Part shown: piece after piece, positions 32,466 through 48,148 of the stretch | Numbering within the stretch: the stretch's first letter is position 1 | Layout of the letters: every line of letters starts with the position of its first letter | Origin: the human T2T-CHM13v2.0 reference genome, Homo sapiens | Assembly (NCBI RefSeq): GCF_009914755.1 | Contig: NC_060925.1 | Length of the DNA: 64,000 nt | Direction: 5' to 3' (one strand) | The notes under the pieces: generated by a model | Told to the model about the DNA's origin: nothing | Seen by the model: only the letters and a program-made list of their open reading frames with translations | Databases searched by the model: none | Made by a program: the position numbers and the translations under genes

Positions 32466-34361
32466 GCTGAAGGAGGCGCCTGGCTGCCCCAAGAGCCCAG
32501 CCCGGCCCGGCCGTGCCCGCCGGATTGCAGCCGACACCGCCAGCCCGGGGCCGCGGGGCTCGGATCGGGGACCCCCGAGCCGCTGGCCCGCGGCCTTCCC
32601 CCGGCTCCCGCGCTCCCGAGCTTCCACCACATCGGGCCCGCTCGGAGCAGGGAGTGCTCCGAGGCGTCAGGGCCCAGGGCCCACGATCCTGGGACGCCCT
32701 CCGGTCCTCCGCCCTGTCGCGGAGGCAGCGTTTTGGATCCCTCGCCGCACAGGGGCTCCTGCGAGGCCCCCTCTTGCCCCACCCACCCAGAGCCGTCAGG
32801 GCTGGCCGAAGGCGAACAGCCGGCCCAGCCGCGCGGGGCCTTTCTCTCACAACGCCCCCACCACGGTCGCTTGTCCCGACCAAGACCCGGCCGGGGGGGC
32901 AAGAGGGCGTGGGGTGTAGCGGGTCGGGGGGTGGCCCTGTTTTGCCCCGGGCTGGCACTAGAGGCGGCGGCCTGATCTCGGGTGAGAGGGCCTGAGAGAA
33001 ACCCAGACACACCCCACCGCCACCAGGAGCAAATCCACTCCCCCACACACAGACACACCCGGGCGCGCTCGCACGCGCGCGCGCGGACACACACACACAC
33101 ACACACACACAGACACACACGCACACACGCACGCGCACACGCACGCACACACACACGCGGCTTGAAGGAGAGCAAGGACGAGATGGATCGAGAGATAGAG
33201 ACCGAGGGAGGGAGAGAGACAGCGATCGAGAGAGACAGGGGAGGGCGAGAGGGAAGGAGACAGACAGAGAGGCTGAGAAAGAGAGAGGCACAGAGAAAGA
33301 GAGAGAGAGAGACAGAGAGACAGAGGGAAAACGACAGAAGTAGCGCGAGGTCCAGGGGGAAACCCAGAAGAGAGAGGCGGAGGGAGCTAGAGAGCGAGAG
33401 CGATAGAGCCTTAGAGAGGAAGCGCCCGGCTCCGTTAGGCAGCGCCCTCTTGAGCAGGCCGGGATAGGGTGGAGGGGGCTTGGGCTGCGCCCAGAACACG
33501 GGGGCCAGGCGGTCCGTGCGAGAGGACCAACGGAGCGCTGAGGCGGGCGTCTTCTTGGATGAATTGCTTGCTTTGGAGGTGGGTTTCGTAGGCTCCTGCC
33601 TTTCTTGGCACCTCCCTGTGCTCTGGGTGCCTTGCGGCGGGCCCCGAGATTTGCAGAGCGCGCCCGCCCGTTTGGCGGGAGCCGTGGCACCGGGCGGGCC
33701 CGGAGGCCTGGGTCTCTGGCGAGTCCTCGGGACTGGAGTCGTCGACACGAAGCGGGGGGCATTGGGAATCCCGGGTGCACAGGGCCTGTTTTCCCGGTGG
33801 CTGGCGAAGCAATGTCCTTCCCCCGGGTAAAGCAGCCCATGCGTTCCGGAGCCGACGTCTTGGCTGGCGTCTGTGGCACCCGCTGCCCCTGCCCGCCCCT
33901 TCCCCCGGTTTGGAAGGGTGCGACGGCGGCGCCCGATGGGTGAATTGAATCGCCTGGTCGTTCCGGGAGCGGGAAGGCACCGCGAACGGCAGGGAACCCA
34001 GCGGCTGCGCCTTTGGGGCCCGGCCCCCTGCCCTCCCAGGCTGGAGCCGGGCTCCTGGCGGGGCGGCGGCGAGGCGGAAGCGGTGGGATGCTGCTGCCCG
34101 GCCGGCGTGCAGTAGGGGCGGACCCCCAGCAGGAGGACCCCGGCTGCGGCTGCGGCGGGGGTGTAGGTGGGCGGTAAAGGGGGAGCAGAGTCAGGGGAGG
34201 TTGGGAAGCATGGCGACTGTAGGGGGAAGGGAGGCAGCGGGGAAGCCACAAAAGCCTACAGCAGGCCGGGCGAGCGCGGTGGCTCGCGCCTGTAATCCCA
34301 GCACTCTGGGAGGCCGAGGCGGGTGGATCACGAGGTCAGGAGCTCCAGACCATCCCGGCTA

Positions 34362-34704
<343 letters not shown>

Positions 34705-36600
34705 GCTGAAGGAGGCGCCTGGCTGCCCCAAGAGCCCAGCCCGGCCCGGCCGTGCCCGCCGGATTGCAGCCGACACCGCCAGCCCGGGGCCGCGGGGCTC
34801 GGATCGGGGACCCCCGAGCCGCTGGCCCGCGGCCTTCCCCCGGCTCCCGCGCTCCCGAGCTTCCACCACATCGGGCCCGCTCGGAGCAGGGAGTGCTCCG
34901 AGGCGTCAGGGCCCAGGGCCCACGATCCTGGGACGCCCTCCGGTCCTCCGCCCTGTCGCGGAGGCAGCGTTTTGGATCCCTCGCCGCACAGGGGCTCCTG
35001 CGAGGCCCCCTCTTGCCCCACCCACCCAGAGCCGTCAGGGCTGGCCGAAGGCGAACAGCCGGCCCAGCCGCGCGGGGCCTTTCTCTCACAACGCCCCCAC
35101 CACGGTCGCTTGTCCCGACCAAGACCCGGCCGGGGGGGCAAGAGGGCGTGGGGTGTAGCGGGTCGGGGGGTGGCCCTGTTTTGCCCCGGGCTGGCACTAG
35201 AGGCGGCGGCCTGATCTCGGGTGAGAGGGCCTGAGAGAAACCCAGACACACCCCACCGCCACCAGGAGCAAATCCACTCCCCCACACACAGACACACCCG
35301 GGCGCGCTCGCACGCGCGCGCGCGGACACACACACACACACACACACACAGACACACACGCACACACGCACGCGCACACGCACGCACACACACACGCGGC
35401 TTGAAGGAGAGCAAGGACGAGATGGATCGAGAGATAGAGACCGAGGGAGGGAGAGAGACAGCGATCGAGAGAGACAGGGGAGGGCGAGAGGGAAGGAGAC
35501 AGACAGAGAGGCTGAGAAAGAGAGAGGCACAGAGAAAGAGAGAGAGAGAGACAGAGAGACAGAGGGAAAACGACAGAAGTAGCGCGAGGTCCAGGGGGAA
35601 ACCCAGAAGAGAGAGGCGGAGGGAGCTAGAGAGCGAGAGCGATAGAGCCTTAGAGAGGAAGCGCCCGGCTCCGTTAGGCAGCGCCCTCTTGAGCAGGCCG
35701 GGATAGGGTGGAGGGGGCTTGGGCTGCGCCCAGAACACGGGGGCCAGGCGGTCCGTGCGAGAGGACCAACGGAGCGCTGAGGCGGGCGTCTTCTTGGATG
35801 AATTGCTTGCTTTGGAGGTGGGTTTCGTAGGCTCCTGCCTTTCTTGGCACCTCCCTGTGCTCTGGGTGCCTTGCGGCGGGCCCCGAGATTTGCAGAGCGC
35901 GCCCGCCCGTTTGGCGGGAGCCGTGGCACCGGGCGGGCCCGGAGGCCTGGGTCTCTGGCGAGTCCTCGGGACTGGAGTCGTCGACACGAAGCGGGGGGCA
36001 TTGGGAATCCCGGGTGCACAGGGCCTGTTTTCCCGGTGGCTGGCGAAGCAATGTCCTTCCCCCGGGTAAAGCAGCCCATGCGTTCCGGAGCCGACGTCTT
36101 GGCTGGCGTCTGTGGCACCCGCTGCCCCTGCCCGCCCCTTCCCCCGGTTTGGAAGGGTGCGACGGCGGCGCCCGATGGGTGAATTGAATCGCCTGGTCGT
36201 TCCGGGAGCGGGAAGGCACCGCGAACGGCAGGGAACCCAGCGGCTGCGCCTTTGGGGCCCGGCCCCCTGCCCTCCCAGGCTGGAGCCGGGCTCCTGGCGG
36301 GGCGGCGGCGAGGCGGAAGCGGTGGGATGCTGCTGCCCGGCCGGCGTGCAGTAGGGGCGGACCCCCAGCAGGAGGACCCCGGCTGCGGCTGCGGCGGGGG
36401 TGTAGGTGGGCGGTAAAGGGGGAGCAGAGTCAGGGGAGGTTGGGAAGCATGGCGACTGTAGGGGGAAGGGAGGCAGCGGGGAAGCCACAAAAGCCTACAG
36501 CAGGCCGGGCGAGCGCGGTGGCTCGCGCCTGTAATCCCAGCACTCTGGGAGGCCGAGGCGGGTGGATCACGAGGTCAGGAGCTCCAGACCATCCCGGCTA

Positions 36601-36943
<343 letters not shown>

Positions 36944-37564
36944 GCTGAAGGAGGCGCCTGGCTGCCCCAAGAGCCCAGCCCGGCCCGGCCGTGCCCGCCG
37001 GATTGCAGCCGACACCGCCAGCCCGGGGCCGCGGGGCTCGGATCGGGGACCCCCGAGCCGCTGGCCCGCGGCCTTCCCCCGGCTCCCGCGCTCCCGAGCT
37101 TCCACCACATCGGGCCCGCTCGGAGCAGGGAGTGCTCCGAGGCGTCAGGGCCCAGGGCCCACGATCCTGGGACGCCCTCCGGTCCTCCGCCCTGTCGCGG
37201 AGGCAGCGTTTTGGATCCCTCGCCGCACAGGGGCTCCTGCGAGGCCCCCTCTTGCCCCACCCACCCAGAGCCGTCAGGGCTGGCCGAAGGCGAACAGCCG
37301 GCCCAGCCTCGCGGGGCCTTTCTCTCACAACGCCCCCACCACGGTCGCTTGTCCCGACCAAGACCCGGCCGGGGGGGCAAGAGGGCGTGGGGTGTAGCGG
37401 GTCGGGGGGTGGCCCTGTTTTGCCCCGGGCTGGCACTAGAGGCGGCGGCCTGATCTCGGGTGAGAGGGCCTGAGAGAAACCCAGACACACCCCACCGCCA
37501 CCAGGAGCAAATCCACTCCCCCACACACAGACACACCCGGGCGCGCTCGCACGCGCGCGCGCGG

Positions 37565-37596
<32 letters not shown>

Positions 37597-38841
37597 ACAC
37601 GCACACACGCACGCGCACACGCACGCACACACACACGCGGCTTGAAGGAGAGCAAGGACGAGATGGATCGAGAGATAGAGACCGAGGGAGGGAGAGAGAC
37701 AGCGATCGAGAGAGACAGGGGAGGGCGAGAGGGAAGGAGACAGACAGAGAGGCTGAGAAAGAGAGAGGCACAGAGAAAGAGAGAGAGAGAGACAGAGAGA
37801 CAGAGGGAAAACGACAGAAGTAGCGCGAGGTCCAGGGGGAAACCCAGAAGAGAGAGGCGGAGGGAGCTAGAGAGCGAGAGCGATAGAGCCTTAGAGAGGA
37901 AGCGCCCGGCTCCGTTAGGCAGCGCCCTCTTGAGCAGGCCGGGATAGGGTGGAGGGGGCTTGGGCTGCGCCCAGAACACGGGGGCCAGGCGGTCCGTGCG
38001 AGAGGACCAACGGAGCGCTGAGGCGGGCGTCTTCTTGGATGAATTGCTTGCTTTGGAGGTGGGTTTCGTAGGCTCCTGCCTTTCTTGGCACCTCCCTGTG
38101 CTCTGGGTGCCTTGCGGCGGGCCCCGAGATTTGCAGAGCGCGCCCGCCCGTTTGGCGGGAGCCGTGGCACCGGGCGGGCCCGGAGGCCTGGGTCTCTGGC
38201 GAGTCCTCGGGACTGGAGTCGTCGACACGAAGCGGGGGGCATTGGGAATCCCGGGTGCACAGGGCCTGTTTTCCCGGTGGCTGGCGAAGCAATGTCCTTC
38301 CCCCGGGTAAAGCAGCCCATGCGTTCCGGAGCCGACGTCTTGGCTGGCGTCTGTGGCACCCGCTGCCCCTGCCCGCCCCTTCCCCCGGTTTGGAAGGGTG
38401 CGACGGCGGCGCCCGATGGGTGAATTGAATCGCCTGGTCGTTCCGGGAGCGGGAAGGCACCGCGAACGGCAGGGAACCCAGCGGCTGCGCCTTTGGGGCC
38501 CGGCCCCCTGCCCTCCCAGGCTGGAGCCGGGCTCCTGGCGGGGCGGCGGCGAGGCGGAAGCGGTGGGATGCTGCTGCCCGGCCGGCGTGCAGTAGGGGCG
38601 GACCCCCAGCAGGAGGACCCCGGCTGCGGCTGCGGCGGGGGTGTAGGTGGGCGGTAAAGGGGGAGCAGAGTCAGGGGAGGTTGGGAAGCATGGCGACTGT
38701 AGGGGGAAGGGAGGCAGCGGGGAAGCCACAAAAGCCTACAGCAGGCCGGGCGAGCGCGGTGGCTCGCGCCTGTAATCCCAGCACTCTGGGAGGCCGAGGC
38801 GGGTGGATCACGAGGTCAGGAGCTCCAGACCATCCCGGCTA

Positions 38842-39184
<343 letters not shown>

Positions 39185-39805
39185 GCTGAAGGAGGCGCCT
39201 GGCTGCCCCAAGAGCCCAGCCCGGCCCGGCCGTGCCCGCCGGATTGCAGCCGACACCGCCAGCCCGGGGCCGCGGGGCTCGGATCGGGGACCCCCGAGCC
39301 GCTGGCCCGCGGCCTTCCCCCGGCTCCCGCGCTCCCGAGCTTCCACCACATCGGGCCCGCTCGGAGCAGGGAGTGCTCCGAGGCGTCAGGGCCCAGGGCC
39401 CACGATCCTGGGACGCCCTCCGGTCCTCCGCCCTGTCGCGGAGGCAGCGTTTTGGATCCCTCGCCGCACAGGGGCTCCTGCGAGGCCCCCTCTTGCCCCA
39501 CCCACCCAGAGCCGTCAGGGCTGGCCGAAGGCGAACAGCCGGCCCAGCCGCGCGGGGCCTTTCTCTCACAACGCCCCCACCACGGTCGCTTGTCCCGACC
39601 AAGACCCGGCCGGGGGGGCAAGAGGGCGTGGGGTGTAGCGGGTCGGGGGGTGGCCCTGTTTTGCCCCGGGCTGGCACTAGAGGCGGCGGCCTGATCTCGG
39701 GTGAGAGGGCCTGAGAGAAACCCAGACACACCCCACCGCCACCAGGAGCAAATCCACTCCCCCACACACAGACACACCCGGGCGCGCTCGCACGCGCGCG
39801 CGCGG

Positions 39806-39837
<32 letters not shown>

Positions 39838-41082
39838 ACACGCACACACGCACGCGCACACGCACGCACACACACACGCGGCTTGAAGGAGAGCAAGGAC
39901 GAGATGGATCGAGAGATAGAGACCGAGGGAGGGAGAGAGACAGCGATCGAGAGAGACAGGGGAGGGCGAGAGGGAAGGAGACAGACAGAGAGGCTGAGAA
40001 AGAGAGAGGCACAGAGAAAGAGAGAGAGAGAGACAGAGAGACAGAGGGAAAACGACAGAAGTAGCGCGAGGTCCAGGGGGAAACCCAGAAGAGAGAGGCG
40101 GAGGGAGCTAGAGAGCGAGAGCGATAGAGCCTTAGAGAGGAAGCGCCCGGCTCCGTTAGGCAGCGCCCTCTTGAGCAGGCCGGGATAGGGTGGAGGGGGC
40201 TTGGGCTGCGCCCAGAACACGGGGGCCAGGCGGTCCGTGCGAGAGGACCAACGGAGCGCTGAGGCGGGCGTCTTCTTGGATGAATTGCTTGCTTTGGAGG
40301 TGGGTTTCGTAGGCTCCTGCCTTTCTTGGCACCTCCCTGTGCTCTGGGTGCCTTGCGGCGGGCCCCGAGATTTGCAGAGCGCGCCCGCCCGTTTGGCGGG
40401 AGCCGTGGCACCGGGCGGGCCCGGAGGCCTGGGTCTCTGGCGAGTCCTCGGGACTGGAGTCGTCGACACGAAGCGGGGGGCATTGGGAATCCCGGGTGCA
40501 CAGGGCCTGTTTTCCCGGTGGCTGGCGAAGCAATGTCCTTCCCCCGGGTAAAGCAGCCCATGCGTTCCGGAGCCGACGTCTTGGCTGGCGTCTGTGGCAC
40601 CCGCTGCCCCTGCCCGCCCCTTCCCCCGGTTTGGAAGGGTGCGACGGCGGCGCCCGATGGGTGAATTGAATCGCCTGGTCGTTCCGGGAGCGGGAAGGCA
40701 CCGCGAACGGCAGGGAACCCAGCGGCTGCGCCTTTGGGGCCCGGCCCCCTGCCCTCCCAGGCTGGAGCCGGGCTCCTGGCGGGGCGGCGGCGAGGCGGAA
40801 GCGGTGGGATGCTGCTGCCCGGCCGGCGTGCAGTAGGGGCGGACCCCCAGCAGGAGGACCCCGGCTGCGGCTGCGGCGGGGGTGTAGGTGGGCGGTAAAG
40901 GGGGAGCAGAGTCAGGGGAGGTTGGGAAGCATGGCGACTGTAGGGGGAAGGGAGGCAGCGGGGAAGCCACAAAAGCCTACAGCAGGCCGGGCGAGCGCGG
41001 TGGCTCGCGCCTGTAATCCCAGCACTCTGGGAGGCCGAGGCGGGTGGATCACGAGGTCAGGAGCTCCAGACCATCCCGGCTA

Positions 41083-41425
<343 letters not shown>

Positions 41426-42046
41426 GCTGAAGGAGGCGCCTGGCTGCCCCAAGAGCCCAGCCCGGCCCGGCCGTGCCCGCCGGATTGCAGCCGACACCGC
41501 CAGCCCGGGGCCGCGGGGCTCGGATCGGGGACCCCCGAGCCGCTGGCCCGCGGCCTTCCCCCGGCTCCCGCGCTCCCGAGCTTCCACCACATCGGGCCCG
41601 CTCGGAGCAGGGAGTGCTCCGAGGCGTCAGGGCCCAGGGCCCACGATCCTGGGACGCCCTCCGGTCCTCCGCCCTGTCGCGGAGGCAGCGTTTTGGATCC
41701 CTCGCCGCACAGGGGCTCCTGCGAGGCCCCCTCTTGCCCCACCCACCCAGAGCCGTCAGGGCTGGCCGAAGGCGAACAGCCGGCCCAGCCGCGCGGGGCC
41801 TTTCTCTCACAACGCCCCCACCACGGTCGCTTGTCCCGACCAAGACCCGGCCGGGGGGGCAAGAGGGCGTGGGGTGTAGCGGGTCGGGGGGTGGCCCTGT
41901 TTTGCCCCGGGCTGGCACTAGAGGCGGCGGCCTGATCTCGGGTGAGAGGGCCTGAGAGAAACCCAGACACACCCCACCGCCACCAGGAGCAAATCCACTC
42001 CCCCACACACAGACACACCCGGGCGCGCTCGCACGCGCGCGCGCGG

Positions 42047-42078
<32 letters not shown>

Positions 42079-43323
42079 ACACGCACACACGCACGCGCAC
42101 ACGCACGCACACACACACGCGGCTTGAAGGAGAGCAAGGACGAGATGGATCGAGAGATAGAGACCGAGGGAGGGAGAGAGACAGCGATCGAGAGAGACAG
42201 GGGAGGGCGAGAGGGAAGGAGACAGACAGAGAGGCTGAGAAAGAGAGAGGCACAGAGAAAGAGAGAGAGAGAGACAGAGAGACAGAGGGAAAACGACAGA
42301 AGTAGCGCGAGGTCCAGGGGGAAACCCAGAAGAGAGAGGCGGAGGGAGCTAGAGAGCGAGAGCGATAGAGCCTTAGAGAGGAAGCGCCCGGCTCCGTTAG
42401 GCAGCGCCCTCTTGAGCAGGCCGGGATAGGGTGGAGGGGGCTTGGGCTGCGCCCAGAACACGGGGGCCAGGCGGTCCGTGCGAGAGGACCAACGGAGCGC
42501 TGAGGCGGGCGTCTTCTTGGATGAATTGCTTGCTTTGGAGGTGGGTTTCGTAGGCTCCTGCCTTTCTTGGCACCTCCCTGTGCTCTGGGTGCCTTGCGGC
42601 GGGCCCCGAGATTTGCAGAGCGCGCCCGCCCGTTTGGCGGGAGCCGTGGCACCGGGCGGGCCCGGAGGCCTGGGTCTCTGGCGAGTCCTCGGGACTGGAG
42701 TCGTCGACACGAAGCGGGGGGCATTGGGAATCCCGGGTGCACAGGGCCTGTTTTCCCGGTGGCTGGCGAAGCAATGTCCTTCCCCCGGGTAAAGCAGCCC
42801 ATGCGTTCCGGAGCCGACGTCTTGGCTGGCGTCTGTGGCACCCGCTGCCCCTGCCCGCCCCTTCCCCCGGTTTGGAAGGGTGCGACGGCGGCGCCCGATG
42901 GGTGAATTGAATCGCCTGGTCGTTCCGGGAGCGGGAAGGCACCGCGAACGGCAGGGAACCCAGCGGCTGCGCCTTTGGGGCCCGGCCCCCTGCCCTCCCA
43001 GGCTGGAGCCGGGCTCCTGGCGGGGCGGCGGCGAGGCGGAAGCGGTGGGATGCTGCTGCCCGGCCGGCGTGCAGTAGGGGCGGACCCCCAGCAGGAGGAC
43101 CCCGGCTGCGGCTGCGGCGGGGGTGTAGGTGGGCGGTAAAGGGGGAGCAGAGTCAGGGGAGGTTGGGAAGCATGGCGACTGTAGGGGGAAGGGAGGCAGC
43201 GGGGAAGCCACAAAAGCCTACAGCAGGCCGGGCGAGCGCGGTGGCTCGCGCCTGTAATCCCAGCACTCTGGGAGGCCGAGGCGGGTGGATCACGAGGTCA
43301 GGAGCTCCAGACCATCCCGGCTA

Positions 43324-43666
<343 letters not shown>

Positions 43667-44287
43667 GCTGAAGGAGGCGCCTGGCTGCCCCAAGAGCCCA
43701 GCCCGGCCCGGCCGTGCCCGCCGGATTGCAGCCGACACCGCCAGCCCGGGGCCGCGGGGCTCGGATCGGGGACCCCCGAGCCGCTGGCCCGCGGCCTTCC
43801 CCCGGCTCCCGCGCTCCCGAGCTTCCACCACATCGGGCCCGCTCGGAGCAGGGAGTGCTCCGAGGCGTCAGGGCCCAGGGCCCACGATCCTGGGACGCCC
43901 TCCGGTCCTCCGCCCTGTCGCGGAGGCAGCGTTTTGGATCCCTCGCCGCACAGGGGCTCCTGCGAGGCCCCCTCTTGCCCCACCCACCCAGAGCCGTCAG
44001 GGCTGGCCGAAGGCGAACAGCCGGCCCAGCCGCGCGGGGCCTTTCTCTCACAACGCCCCCACCACGGTCGCTTGTCCCGACCAAGACCCGGCCGGGGGGG
44101 CAAGAGGGCGTGGGGTGTAGCGGGTCGGGGGGTGGCCCTGTTTTGCCCCGGGCTGGCACTAGAGGCGGCGGCCTGATCTCGGGTGAGAGGGCCTGAGAGA
44201 AACCCAGACACACCCCACCGCCACCAGGAGCAAATCCACTCCCCCACACACAGACACACCCGGGCGCGCTCGCACGCGCGCGCGCGG

Positions 44288-44319
<32 letters not shown>

Positions 44320-45564
44320 ACACGCACACACGCACGCGCACACGCACGCACACACACACGCGGCTTGAAGGAGAGCAAGGACGAGATGGATCGAGAGATA
44401 GAGACCGAGGGAGGGAGAGAGACAGCGATCGAGAGAGACAGGGGAGGGCGAGAGGGAAGGAGACAGACAGAGAGGCTGAGAAAGAGAGAGGCACAGAGAA
44501 AGAGAGAGAGAGAGACAGAGAGACAGAGGGAAAACGACAGAAGTAGCGCGAGGTCCAGGGGGAAACCCAGAAGAGAGAGGCGGAGGGAGCTAGAGAGCGA
44601 GAGCGATAGAGCCTTAGAGAGGAAGCGCCCGGCTCCGTTAGGCAGCGCCCTCTTGAGCAGGCCGGGATAGGGTGGAGGGGGCTTGGGCTGCGCCCAGAAC
44701 ACGGGGGCCAGGCGGTCCGTGCGAGAGGACCAACGGAGCGCTGAGGCGGGCGTCTTCTTGGATGAATTGCTTGCTTTGGAGGTGGGTTTCGTAGGCTCCT
44801 GCCTTTCTTGGCACCTCCCTGTGCTCTGGGTGCCTTGCGGCGGGCCCCGAGATTTGCAGAGCGCGCCCGCCCGTTTGGCGGGAGCCGTGGCACCGGGCGG
44901 GCCCGGAGGCCTGGGTCTCTGGCGAGTCCTCGGGACTGGAGTCGTCGACACGAAGCGGGGGGCATTGGGAATCCCGGGTGCACAGGGCCTGTTTTCCCGG
45001 TGGCTGGCGAAGCAATGTCCTTCCCCCGGGTAAAGCAGCCCATGCGTTCCGGAGCCGACGTCTTGGCTGGCGTCTGTGGCACCCGCTGCCCCTGCCCGCC
45101 CCTTCCCCCGGTTTGGAAGGGTGCGACGACGGCGCCCGATGGGTGAATTGAATCGCCTGGGCGTTCCGGGAGCGGGAAGGCACCGCGAACGGCAGGGAAC
45201 CCAGCGGCTGCGCCTTTGGGGCCCGGCCCCCTGCCCTCCCAGGCTGGAGCCGGGCTCCTGGCGGGGCGGCGGCGAGGCGGAAGCGGTGGGATGCTGCTGC
45301 CCGGCCGGCGTGCAGTAGGGGCGGACCCCCAGCAGGAGGACCCCGGCTGCGGCTGCGGCGGGGGTGTAGGTGGGCGGTAAAGGGGGAGCAGAGTCAGGGG
45401 AGGTTGGGAAGCATGGCGACTGTAGGGGGAAGGGAGGCAGCGGGGAAGCCACAAAAGCCTACAGCAGGCCGGGCGAGCGCGGTGGCTCGCGCCTGTAATC
45501 CCAGCACTCTGGGAGGCCGAGGCGGGTGGATCACGAGGTCAGGAGCTCCAGACCATCCCGGCTA

Positions 45565-45907
<343 letters not shown>

Positions 45908-46528
45908 GCTGAAGGAGGCGCCTGGCTGCCCCAAGAGCCCAGCCCGGCCCGGCCGTGCCCGCCGGATTGCAGCCGACACCGCCAGCCCGGGGCCGCGGGG
46001 CTCGGATCGGGGACCCCCGAGCCGCTGGCCCGCGGCCTTCCCCCGGCTCCCGCGCTCCCGAGCTTCCACCACATCGGGCCCGCTCGGAGCAGGGAGTGCT
46101 CCGAGGCGTCAGGGCCCAGGGCCCACGATCCTGGGACGCCCTCCGGTCCTCCGCCCTGTCGCGGAGGCAGCGTTTTGGATCCCTCGCCGCACAGGGGCTC
46201 CTGCGAGGCCCCCTCTTGCCCCACCCACCCAGAGCCGTCAGGGCTGGCCGAAGGCGAACAGCCGGCCCAGCCTCGCGGGGCCTTTCTCTCACAACGCCCC
46301 CACCACGGTCGCTTGTCCCGACCAAGACCCGGCCGGGGGGGCAAGAGGGCGTGGGGTGTAGCGGGTCGGGGGGTGGCCCTGTTTTGCCCCGGGCTGGCAC
46401 TAGAGGCGGCGGCCTGATCTCGGGTGAGAGGGCCTGAGAGAAACCCAGACACACCCCACCGCCACCAGGAGCAAATCCACTCCCCCACACACAGACACAC
46501 CCGGGCGCGCTCGCACGCGCGCGCGCGG

Positions 46529-46560
<32 letters not shown>

Positions 46561-47805
46561 ACACGCACACACGCACGCGCACACGCACGCACACACACAC
46601 GCGGCTTGAAGGAGAGCAAGGACGAGATGGATCGAGAGATAGAGACCGAGGGAGGGAGAGAGACAGCGATCGAGAGAGACAGGGGAGGGCGAGAGGGAAG
46701 GAGACAGACAGAGAGGCTGAGAAAGAGAGAGGCACAGAGAAAGAGAGAGAGAGAGACAGACAGACAGAGGGAAAACGACAGAAGTAGCGCGAGGTCCAGG
46801 GGGAAACCCAGAAGAGAGAGGCGGAGGGAGCTAGAGAGCGAGAGCGATAGAGCCTTAGAGAGGAAGCGCCCGGCTCCGTTAGGCAGCGCCCTCTTGAGCA
46901 GGCCGGGATAGGGTGGAGGGGGCTTGGGCTGCGCCCAGAACACGGGGGCCAGGCGGTCCGTGCGAGAGGACCAACGGAGCGCTGAGGCGGGCGTCTTCTT
47001 GGATGAATTGCTTGCTTTGGAGGTGGGTTTCGTAGGCTCCTGCCTTTCTTGGCACCTCCCTGTGCTCTGGGTGCCTTGCGGCGGGCCCCGAGATTTGCAG
47101 AGCGCGCCCGCCCGTTTGGCGGGAGCCGTGGCACCGGGCGGGCCCGGAGGCCTGGGTCTCTGGCGAGTCCTCGGGACTGGAGTCGTCGACACGAAGCGGG
47201 GGGCATTGGGAATCCCGGGTGCACAGGGCCTGTTTTCCCGGTGGCTGGCGAAGCAATGTCCTTCCCCCGGGTAAAGCAGCCCATGCGTTCCGGAGCCGAC
47301 GTCTTGGCTGGCGTCTGTGGCACCCGCTGCCCCTGCCCGCCCCTTCCCCCGGTTTGGAAGGGTGCGACGACGGCGCCCGATGGGTGAATTGAATCGCCTG
47401 GGCGTTCCGGGAGCGGGAAGGCACCGCGAACGGCAGGGAACCCAGCGGCTGCGCCTTTGGGGCCCGGCCCCCTGCCCTCCCAGGCTGGAGCCGGGCTCCT
47501 GGCGGGGCGGCGGCGAGGCGGAAGCGGTGGGATGCTGCTGCCCGGCCGGCGTGCAGTAGGGGCGGACCCCCAGCAGGAGGACCCCGGCTGCGGCTGCGGC
47601 GGGGGTGTAGGTGGGCGGTAAAGGGGGAGCAGAGTCAGGGGAGGTTGGGAAGCATGGCGACTGTAGGGGGAAGGGAGGCAGCGGGGAAGCCACAAAAGCC
47701 TACAGCAGGCCGGGCGGGCGCGGTGGCTCGCGCCTGTAATCCCAGCACTCTGGGAGGCCGAGGCGGGTGGATCACGAGGTCAGGAGCTCCAGACCATCCC
47801 GGCTA

Positions 47806-48148
<343 letters not shown>
